A DNA stretch of 64,000 bases, taken from assembly GCA_015664885.1 (NCBI GenBank), contig DQPL01000123.1, positions 27,206-91,205 on the forward strand, given 5' to 3'. The DNA is from Gemmatimonadota bacterium (GTDB lineage: Bacteria > Gemmatimonadota > Gemmatimonadetes > Longimicrobiales > Gaopeijiaceae). Positions 57,279-64,000 of the stretch are shown one piece after another; position 1 is the first letter of the stretch, and each line of letters starts with the position of its first letter. The notes beneath the pieces were generated by a model, which saw only the letters and a program-made list of their open reading frames with translations, was not told the origin of the DNA and searched no databases. The position numbers and the translations under genes were made by a program.

Positions 57279-57988
57279 CAGCTGTTGCCCTCTCGCTCAC
57301 CCTGAGCCAGCGTGCCGACCTCCACGGGCGCAACCTCTTGCGGTATGTGTCCGGCACTCAGGTCCTCGGCGCGATAGAAGCGTTCGACATCCTGAGCGAG
57401 CGCGCGTCGCGTCTGTTCCGCGCGAGAGAATCGGCCGCGTAGCGGGAAGTCCTTCCTGAGCGGGTGACCCTCGGCGTAGTCCTGAGGCATGAGGATGCGG
57501 CGCAGATCAGGGTGCCCCTTGAAGGTCACGCCGAAGAGATCGAAGACCTCGCGCTCCAACCAGTCCGCGACCTTCCAGAGGTCGACGATCGAATCGATCT
57601 CCAGCGCATCGAGCGGAAGCTCACAGCGAAGACGCAGCTCGCGCTTGTGCACCGTCGAGAACATCTGGTAGACCACGTTTACCGGCCGGCCGTTTCCGTA
57701 GTCCACGGCAGTGACATCGGACATCATGTCATAGTGGTGATCGGGATCCGCCTGCAGCCAACTCAGGATCTCGTGGCTCTTCTCAGGGTCGATCCAGACG
57801 ACGTGTTGGCCGCCGGCATATACGCGGTGCCTGACCACTGCGTCGGCGAAGCGCTGCTTGAGCGCGGCGACCGATGTGTGCTCGCTAGCGTCGGCCTCGT
57901 CGCCGCCGTGGTCTGCGCTGGATGCGTCCGACGAGATCGGACCCTCGTCGACGGCATCCAGACCGCTCCCGCTCTTCTTGTCCGTCAT
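57278..57988 (-). CDS. nuoC: NADH-quinone oxidoreductase subunit C
   Basis: Contains 'REVFDLFGVTFKGHPDLRRIL' and 'HPLRKDFPL'. The N-terminus carries a ~50-aa acidic Ser/Asp-rich extension. Confidence 0.9.
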   Translation of the reverse strand: MTDKKSGSGLDAVDEGPISSDASSADHGGDEADASEHTSVAALKQRFADAVVRHRVYAGGQHVVWIDPEKSHEILSWLQADPDHHYDMMSDVTAVDYGNGRPVNVVYQMFSTVHKRELRLRCELPLDALEIDSIVDLWKVADWLEREVFDLFGVTFKGHPDLRRILMPQDYAEGHPLRKDFPLRGRFSRAEQTRRALAQDVERFYRAEDLSAGHIPQEVAPVEVGTLAQGEREGNS

Positions 57989-57991
57989 CGG

Positions 57992-58678
57992 TTACGGAAG
58001 CAGGTCATCGGAAGTTGATCCTTCGCGGACCACTTCCCCGCTCGACAGCTGATCCTGCTGTGTCGAATTCCCAAACGGACCCGAGAGCTCGGCCACCTCG
58101 AGGTCGCCCACCTGCGGCTTCGCCACTCGTGTCGGGTCCTCGGCGCGGTGCTCGAAGTGACGCGTCAGCGTCTCCTGGCGGATCTTCTCCTGGATCATCA
58201 TCAGCCCATAGATCAGACCTTCCGGCCGCGGAGGGCACCCCGGGATGTAGACATCGACCGGAACGATGGTATCGATCCCCTGCACCATCGAATACACATC
58301 GAACACACCGCCCGAGCTGGCGCAGGCGCCCATTGAGATGCACCACTTCGGCTGCGGCATCTGGTCCCAGACGCGGCGAAGGACCGGAGCGAGCTTATAC
58401 GGTACGCGGCCCGCGCAAATGAGCACGTCGGCCTGACGCGGGCTGAAGGACATGCGCTCCATGCCGAAGCGCGCGAGGTCGAAGTTGGATGCGGCCGACG
58501 CCATCATCTCGATCGCGCAGCAGGCGGTGCCAAAGGGCATCGGCCAGAGGGAATTCCTCCGACCCCAGTTGACGATCCAGTCGACCTTGCTGGTGAGGAA
58601 CGTCGGACTACCGGCTCCGAAGATCCCACCTGTGGTCGCGCTGGTGCCTCCGCCCGGCAGAATATGCTTCAGTCCCAT
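57992..58678 (-). CDS. nuoB: NADH-quinone oxidoreductase subunit B
   Basis: Contains '[17 protein letters not shown]', 'GACASSGG' and 'IPGCPPRPE'. ATG 58678 overlaps the nuoA end by 10 nt. There is a ~60-aa C-terminal tail. Confidence 0.9.
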   Translation of the reverse strand: MGLKHILPGGGTSATTGGIFGAGSPTFLTSKVDWIVNWGRRNSLWPMPFGTACCAIEMMASAASNFDLARFGMERMSFSPRQADVLICAGRVPYKLAPVLRRVWDQMPQPKWCISMGACASSGGVFDVYSMVQGIDTIVPVDVYIPGCPPRPEGLIYGLMMIQEKIRQETLTRHFEHRAEDPTRVAKPQVGDLEVAELSGPFGNSTQQDQLSSGEVVREGSTSDDLLP

Positions 58679-59025
58679 TCGAGACCTCCTTTCTTCCACT
58701 CATAGAGGAGGCCGACGGCGAGCACGATCACGAACATGGTCATCGCCAAGAAGGCACTCCAACCCAACTCACGCATCTGTACAGCCCATGGGATCAGGAA
58801 GATCGTCTCCAAATCGAAGACGATGAAGCTGATCGCGACCATGTAGAACTTCACCGAGAAACGTGCCCGCGTAGTACCGAGCGGGATCATGCCGGACTCG
58901 TACGGCATGAGCTTCTGGGGCGTGTCTCGTCGTGGGTTCAGGATGTGCGATGCGACCACCATCCCGATAGCGTTCACGATGGAAACGCCGAACAACAAGA
59001 GGAGGGAGAGATAGTCTCCCGACAT
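58669..59025 (-). CDS. nuoA: NADH-quinone oxidoreductase subunit A
   Basis: 118 aa with 3 TM helices. Contains 'YESGM', '[13 protein letters not shown]' and '[10 protein letters not shown]'. Confidence 0.9.
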   Translation of the reverse strand: MSGDYLSLLLLFGVSIVNAIGMVVASHILNPRRDTPQKLMPYESGMIPLGTTRARFSVKFYMVAISFIVFDLETIFLIPWAVQMRELGWSAFLAMTMFVIVLAVGLLYEWKKGGLEWD

Positions 59026-59039
59026 GGTCCAAGTGGGTT

Positions 59040-59055
59040 TGTGAAATAGTTCACT
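59040..59055. promoter_or_regulatory. CRP/FNR-type inverted repeat TGTGA-N6-TCACT (perfect core GTGAA-N4-TTCAC)
   Basis: The sequence 'tgtgaaatagttcact' lies in the AT-richer nuoA/dcd divergent spacer, 15 nt upstream of the nuoA ATG at 59025. Confidence 0.3.
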
Positions 59056-59243
59056 AGCGACCCAAAAAGGTACCCGGCACGCCTCTGGAGTGTCAACCTG
59101 ACGACCAGCGGTTTTTCGTTATTTTCCGCCGGTTTGCAAGACCTTCCGTGACGCGAGTATGTTGGGCGCTCCATAACGTCCACGAAGCACCAGTATCGGC
59201 CCCTCGATCCACGTTCTTTACCTCAGCGAGCCCCGAGTCCTAG

Positions 59244-59798
59244 ATGCCCATCAAGAGCGACAAGTGGATCCGCCGCATGTGCGAAGAGCACCGCATGATC
59301 GAACCCTTCGAGACCGGCCAGGTCCGGGACGAAAAGATCTCCTACGGCCTCTCCTCATACGGCTACGACATCCGGGTGTCGTCCGAGTTCAAGGTCTTCA
59401 CCAACGTGCACAACTCGCTGGTGGACCCGAAGAACTTCGACGATCGCTCCTTCGTGGACATCACCGGACCGGAGTGCATCATTCCGCCCAACTCCTTCGC
59501 GCTCGCTCGTACCGAGGAGTACTTCCGGATTCCGCGGGACGTGCTCGTCCTGTGTGTCGGAAAATCGACGTACGCTCGCTGCGGCTTGATCGTGAATGTC
59601 ACGCCGCTCGAGCCGACCTGGGAGGGCTACCTCACGCTCGAGATCTCCAATACGACGCCTCTACCGGCGAAGGTCTACGGAGGCGAAGGAATCGCACAGC
59701 TGCTCTTCTTCGAGGGTGACGAGGAGCCCGAGGTGGCCTACGCGGACCGACAGGGCAAGTACATGAAGCAGGTCGGGGTCACACTGCCAAAAATGTGA
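59244..59798 (+). CDS. dcd: dCTP deaminase
   Basis: Begins '[12 protein letters not shown]'. Contains 'SSYGYDIRV' and '[10 protein letters not shown]...[16 protein letters not shown]'. Confidence 0.9.
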   Translation: MPIKSDKWIRRMCEEHRMIEPFETGQVRDEKISYGLSSYGYDIRVSSEFKVFTNVHNSLVDPKNFDDRSFVDITGPECIIPPNSFALARTEEYFRIPRDVLVLCVGKSTYARCGLIVNVTPLEPTWEGYLTLEISNTTPLPAKVYGGEGIAQLLFFEGDEEPEVAYADRQGKYMKQVGVTLPKM

Positions 59799-62047
59799 GC
59801 GGGCCTTACCTGACTCGCGGCGAGCCGCGCCCGCGCCCGTTTCCGCGGAAACGTGGCCACGCGACGACGGCGGCGCTGCTCTTTCTCACAGCGCCGCTCG
59901 TGCCCGCTTCCGCGCAGGAGCCGCCGGACTCGGTGCAGCCGGACTCCGTGCTCGTCTTGTCTGACCTCACGATATCGATTGGTCGGCTTCGGGTCGGAGC
60001 TGTCCCGGCAGCCAGGACACCCTTTCCGGTTCAGACGCTTCGCGTCGACGGCGGCTCGACCGAAAGCGTCACGCGCCGGCTCGCCGGCCTACCGGGCGTC
60101 ACGCTCAGCAACCAGACCGGGAGCCCCTACCAATCCGATCTGAGACTCCGGGGCTTCGCGCTGAGTCCCATCGTGGGTGTGCCCCAGGGGGTGAGCGTAT
60201 TCGTGGACGGCGTGCGCGTGAACGAAGCAGACGCCTCGCAGGTGCACCTGTCCCTCATCCCCGGCGGAGCCGTCGATCGCGTCGAGCTTCTTCGCGGACC
60301 TGTTGGAGCGTTCGGGAAGAACGCGCTGGGGGGCGCGCTCAATTTCGTCACCGCTCGCGGGGGCGAAGACACCTCCGTCAGCGTCGAAGCCGAGGGCGGG
60401 TCGTACGGCTCGGTCGCCGGAACCGTGCGCGCCGGAGGGCGAAGGGACGCCTATGACGGCTTCTTCACGGCTTCCTACGGTCGATCCAACGGCTGGCGTG
60501 AGCTCGGGCACTCGCAGGAACTGTCTGTCTTCGGCAAGATCGGCTGGCGCGGGGAGCGCACAGACGCCTGGGTGTCCTACACCTTCGAGTCCGACTCGCT
60601 AGAGGGACCCGGGCCTCTTCCCGAGTCGTGGATTCAGGGCGGGCCGCTGCCTGCCGACATCGTCGCTCCGCCCAAGGATCGGCGCCGACTCCAGTACACC
60701 GGCGGCACCGGCGACGCATTCACCGCGCGTTTGCACTTTCTCAACGGCAGGCTGGAACGTGTGCTTTCAGAACAGTGGAGCGTGCAGCTGATCTCTTTCG
60801 CGCGCTTCGTCGACTTCCGGCAATCCAACGACAACGTCACCGAACCCAACGCGTTGGGGATCACACAAATCGCTTCGGCAGGCACGACCGCCCAATTCAC
60901 CTACCAGCCGCGCGACGAATTCCTGCTCATTCTGGGTGCCGAAGGCGTGCGCAACAACGTGCGCATCGAGATTCAAGCGCACCCCAACCGGACCTTCGTG
61001 ACTCTCGCACCCCATACGACGGAACGCCTGCGCACCGACGAAGACAATTTTGCGAGCTTCGCCGAGAGCTGGTGGGCGCTCTCCCCGAGCATCGCCCTAC
61101 ATGGCTCGCTCCGTTTCGACTTCTCCTCGCTCCCCGTGACCGACTTGCTCGATCCGGCCGACAGCGGGAAGAACACCTTCAGCGAGTTGTCCGGGGGACT
61201 CGGCCTGAGCGCGGACTTGGGCTCCGGCTTCAACGCTTTCGCCGGCTACGGGCGCGGCTTCCGTAGCCCCGTGATATTGGAGGTGAGCTGCGCAGATCCA
61301 GAGGATCCGTGCCAGCTCCCGTTCGAACTCGGCCCAGATCCGCCGCTGCTTCCCGTGACTTCCGACACTTGGCAGGCGGGCCTTCGCGTAGGCCGGCAGC
61401 GGTTTCGAGGGGAGGCGGTCGGCTACTGGTCCGAGGTCGAGAACGACATCTTCAACGTCGTCGACCTCGAGACGCCGACGCGCGGCTTTTTCACGAACCT
61501 GGAGCGGACGCGCCGACTAGGTCTCGAGCTGTCGGCGGAGGCGGTGCCACTGCGAGGGCAGCGCGAGCTCACTGTGACGGGCAGCCTGGGCTGGACTCGG
61601 GCCACGTTCGAGTCCTCGGCCGTCCTAGCCGCACCATTCCTCGACGAGGACGACGATGAAGGTGGAGATCCGCCCGTGGTCGAACCCGGGGACCGCTTCC
61701 CCATGGTGCCCGAGTTCTCTGTCTCCGCGGGAGTCACCTACGCCTTTGCCAACACTTCGCTTGCGCTGCAAGCACGCTGGGTGGGCGAACAATTCCTGAT
61801 CGGCGACGAAGGCAATGATGCACCGTTCAGGAGGCTCGACCGGTATTCGCTCGTCGACCTACGAGTTGAACGTTGGCTCGGTCGCGCGACGGCATACCTG
61901 GAGTTGTCCAACCTATTCGATCGCAGGTACTCGCCCTTTGGCATCATCTCGCGGAACGTGCGCGACGCGGAACAGGTGGAACGATTCCTCACGCCCGGCT
62001 TGCCGCGGACGCTACGCGTCGGGCTGAGGGTCCAAAGTGGTCGCTAG
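59795..62047 (+). CDS. TonB-dependent outer-membrane receptor
   Basis: The plug region has '[26 protein letters not shown]', '[11 protein letters not shown]' and '[10 protein letters not shown]...[13 protein letters not shown]'. A long beta-barrel follows. The start is uncertain (GTG 59795 overlaps the dcd stop). Confidence 0.85.
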   Translation: MSGPYLTRGEPRPRPFPRKRGHATTAALLFLTAPLVPASAQEPPDSVQPDSVLVLSDLTISIGRLRVGAVPAARTPFPVQTLRVDGGSTESVTRRLAGLPGVTLSNQTGSPYQSDLRLRGFALSPIVGVPQGVSVFVDGVRVNEADASQVHLSLIPGGAVDRVELLRGPVGAFGKNALGGALNFVTARGGEDTSVSVEAEGGSYGSVAGTVRAGGRRDAYDGFFTASYGRSNGWRELGHSQELSVFGKIGWRGERTDAWVSYTFESDSLEGPGPLPESWIQGGPLPADIVAPPKDRRRLQYTGGTGDAFTARLHFLNGRLERVLSEQWSVQLISFARFVDFRQSNDNVTEPNALGITQIASAGTTAQFTYQPRDEFLLILGAEGVRNNVRIEIQAHPNRTFVTLAPHTTERLRTDEDNFASFAESWWALSPSIALHGSLRFDFSSLPVTDLLDPADSGKNTFSELSGGLGLSADLGSGFNAFAGYGRGFRSPVILEVSCADPEDPCQLPFELGPDPPLLPVTSDTWQAGLRVGRQRFRGEAVGYWSEVENDIFNVVDLETPTRGFFTNLERTRRLGLELSAEAVPLRGQRELTVTGSLGWTRATFESSAVLAAPFLDEDDDEGGDPPVVEPGDRFPMVPEFSVSAGVTYAFANTSLALQARWVGEQFLIGDEGNDAPFRRLDRYSLVDLRVERWLGRATAYLELSNLFDRRYSPFGIISRNVRDAEQVERFLTPGLPRTLRVGLRVQSGR

Positions 62048-62077
62048 TGAAGTTCGTGGCATTCGACGTGAGCTTCG

Positions 62078-62095
62078 CGGGCGGCGTGCCGCCCG
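62078..62095. terminator. GC hairpin between convergent genes (possible bidirectional terminator)
   Basis: 'cgggcggc-gt-gccgcccg' forms perfect 8-bp arms and lies between the TonB receptor stop (62047) and the FKBP stop (62127). There is no clear U-run. Confidence 0.3.
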
Positions 62096-62126
62096 AGTAG
62101 CAGAGGCGTGACCGACGCACAGCGAC

Positions 62127-62600
62127 TCAGCCGGCGATGTCGGTCAGCTCGATGCGGAAGATCAGAATCGAACCCGCCGGAATCGCGCCAATCGCCCTCT
62201 CGCCATAAGCGAGCCCCGGCGGAATGATGACGATCCGGATGCCCCCCAACTTCATGCCGGTCACGCCTTCATCGAAGCCCGCCACGACCTGCCCGGCGCC
62301 CAAAGTAAAGGTGAGCGGCGCGTTTCCAGGATCGAATGTGATCCCGCTAGCGAGTAAGCCGGTGTAGGTCACGGTCACGGTATGGCCGGCCGCAACCGGG
62401 TCGCCAGCTCCTTCGGCTACCGTCTCAATGTACAAACCGGAAGCCGTCTTGGTCATCGCGCTCAGATCGATCTGCAGCGCCGATGCGAAGTCCGTTTCCT
62501 CGATCACCTGGGGGCTGAACCCGTCGCTGCACGCCGCCAGCAGAAGAACGCCAGCCGCCGCGACGGTCAGTGCCGAGAATCTTGGGGAAATCAACCGCAT
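62127..62600 (-). CDS. FKBP-type peptidyl-prolyl cis-trans isomerase, lipoprotein
   Basis: Lipobox 'LLLAAC'. Contains 'TVTYTG.L..G..FD', 'G.G.V..GFDEGV.GMK.GG.R...IPP.LAYG' and 'LIF.IEL'. Confidence 0.85.
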   Translation of the reverse strand: MRLISPRFSALTVAAAGVLLLAACSDGFSPQVIEETDFASALQIDLSAMTKTASGLYIETVAEGAGDPVAAGHTVTVTYTGLLASGITFDPGNAPLTFTLGAGQVVAGFDEGVTGMKLGGIRIVIIPPGLAYGERAIGAIPAGSILIFRIELTDIAG

Positions 62601-62688
62601 GTCTGGTCCTCGAGATGAGTGACGCTCGGAATGGACGACGGTCGACGCCCCCGATGCCAGCGGAATACGCCCAGGGGTTCGCTTAGTT

Positions 62689-63180
62689 TCAATTGGCGTC
62701 GATGAGCTGAAGTTCGAAGATCAGCGTCGCGCCAGGGGGCACCTTGCCGCGTCCTCGCGCGCCGTAGCCGAGCCCCGGCCGAACCACCAGCCGCCTTCGA
62801 CCGCCCACACGCATGCCCCGGATGCCCTCGTTCCAGCCACGAATCATCTCGCTGCCACCCAGTCGACCGTGGAACGGATCACCCTCGAGCTGGCCGTCGA
62901 AGACTGTGCCGTCCGGAAGCCACCCGACGTAGTAGATCCATACCCGGCTCGTGCGTCGCGCCGTCGGGCCGGTCCCCACATTCAATTCCTGTACGTAAAG
63001 ACCAGACGGCGTGAGCTCGAAGTCCGCGAGATCGATGCCGAGCTCGGGAGCGAACTCGATCTGCGCGGGGTCCGTGGGTGGAAGCGGACCCGCGGGCGCG
63101 CCACCGGCGCATGCCCCGAGTAGTAGCAAGGCGCCGATCGACGCCAAACAAGTCACGCTCTTGATTGGATCTCCCCTCAT
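62689..63180 (-). CDS. FKBP-type peptidyl-prolyl cis-trans isomerase, lipoprotein (tandem paralogue)
   Basis: ATG 63180 opens 'MRGDPIKSVTCLASIGALLLLGAC'. Contains 'GTVFD', 'IRGWNEGIRGMRVGGRRRLVV.PGLGYG' and 'LIFELQL'. Confidence 0.8.
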   Translation of the reverse strand: MRGDPIKSVTCLASIGALLLLGACAGGAPAGPLPPTDPAQIEFAPELGIDLADFELTPSGLYVQELNVGTGPTARRTSRVWIYYVGWLPDGTVFDGQLEGDPFHGRLGGSEMIRGWNEGIRGMRVGGRRRLVVRPGLGYGARGRGKVPPGATLIFELQLIDAN

Positions 63181-63359
63181 GTACCTCACACCTGGCTCGT
63201 CGCCACACCGATCTACGTGATCTGCAGACAAACATGTCCCGCTCGCGCGAGGGATCAAGGAGCAGTGTCCCTGTATCCGGAGTTTAGTCGATGCGAAGTA
63301 CGACGATCGGCAACAACGGATTGGCACAGCGCCCGAGTCTACCACCCTTGGGGGTATTG

Positions 63360-64000
63360 ATGAAGCGAAGCAACTTCTGCAGCGCGATCTCCACCTTGGC
63401 GTTCACCCTGATATCGCTCACTTCGGTCGTCTCCGGTGTCTCGGCGGCGCGGGCACCGGTCCAGGCAAGCAACGATGCCATCGCGGACTCACTGGTGGCG
63501 AACTGGATCGCCGCAGTCGGAGGCCTCGAGGCGTAGCGGCCTCTGCAGGGCGCCAGCTTCACGCTGACCACCGAAATCTACGATCCGGAGAGCGGTCGCA
63601 TGCGGCGCTCTCGCTCTCGCTATGTGACCATCGCCCGCACGGACGCCGGCGAGATCTCGAGAATCGATGGTTGGGAAGGGGGCGATTTCATCCAGCAGGG
63701 ATGGGACGGAGTCGAGCAGTGGGCGACGCTCAACGGCGAGCCACTCGGCGTAGGCTACAAGGACTATGATCAGGTACCCTACGTTTCGGGCGACGTGCAG
63801 TACTGGATCAGCCTCCCATACAAGCTGCGGGATAACGGAGTGAACCTGCACGATCGTGGCATGGACGACGAGGGTCGATATGTGGTCGGTGTGACCTTCG
63901 GGGAGGGCATCGGCCTCCACGACGAAGACACCTGGAAGTATCGGTTCGAACCGGGCAGGTCGTGGCCCATACAGGTGGCGTATATGGAGGAGGGCGACGT
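63360..64000 (+). pseudogene. exported protein gene interrupted by an in-frame TAG (63534-63536); runs off the window
   Basis: ATG 63360 follows GGGG and opens the Sec signal peptide 'MKRSNFCSAISTLAFTLISLTSVVSGVSA'. After the TAG the same frame stays open for 154 further codons of protein-like sequence, to position 64000. Confidence 0.55.

Noticed and set aside
63534-63536. The in-frame TAG read as pyrrolysine or as genetic-code reassignment.
   Set aside because: TAG functions as the terminator of at least four well-defined genes in this window (ndk, ctp, the LVIVD protein, the TonB receptor). No pyl genes are present here. A nonsense mutation or an error is more parsimonious.
1-64000. I searched by eye for CRISPR arrays, tRNA or rRNA genes, transposases or IS ends, phage genes, toxin-antitoxin pairs and known defence-system signatures.
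   Set aside because: None were seen. Every ORF of credible composition has a housekeeping or envelope assignment, and all intergenic gaps are under ~250 nt. There is no room for a hidden accessory island. I cannot run covariance-model or HMM scans, so small ncRNAs cannot be excluded.

Overview
This is a GC-rich bacterial window with strong GC3 bias. It comes from a diderm organism, since it encodes an Omp85-type barrel, a TonB-dependent receptor, an Mla lipid-transport system and many lipobox signal peptides. The gene mix is compatible with Gemmatimonadota or a relative, but that cannot be proven from the sequence. The content is almost entirely core housekeeping. There is a complete 14-gene NADH:quinone oxidoreductase operon nuoA-N (44.5-59.0 kb, minus strand), followed by PMM/PGM, a UPF0182 membrane protein, sucCD, a CBS protein and ndk. 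Next come the classic yceD-rpmF-plsX-fabHDG-acpP-fabF cluster, ispF, dedA and xerD, so about 30 kb is co-directional with pervasive start/stop overlaps. Elsewhere I find deoC plus a double aldehyde-dehydrogenase fusion, nadE, a Ctp/S41 protease, mlaFED, dcd and a set of large exported enzymes: BNR/VPS10-type, M14, M20, and LVIVD/Big_2. I found no CRISPR array, tRNA, rRNA, transposase, phage, toxin-antitoxin or recognisable defence genes, and every intergenic gap is under about 250 nt. I therefore do not claim a novel system. The observations most worth a second look are these. Three exported-protein genes look disrupted while more than 50 core genes are intact: an in-frame TAG at 63534, a small lipoprotein gene spread over three frames at 4304-4679, and a DUF3179 gene whose lipobox signal peptide is out of frame at 623-718. 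There is an uncharacterised outer-membrane protein of about 1040 aa with three modules (HExxH domain, PD40 repeats, Omp85 barrel). A tightly overlapped five-gene operon couples a Cys-motif beta-propeller lipoprotein to TlpA, and a D-Ser-dehydratase-like enzyme to HldA and RidA. A perfect CRP/FNR-type palindrome sits just upstream of nuoA. All family assignments come from motif recognition by eye. No database search was run.
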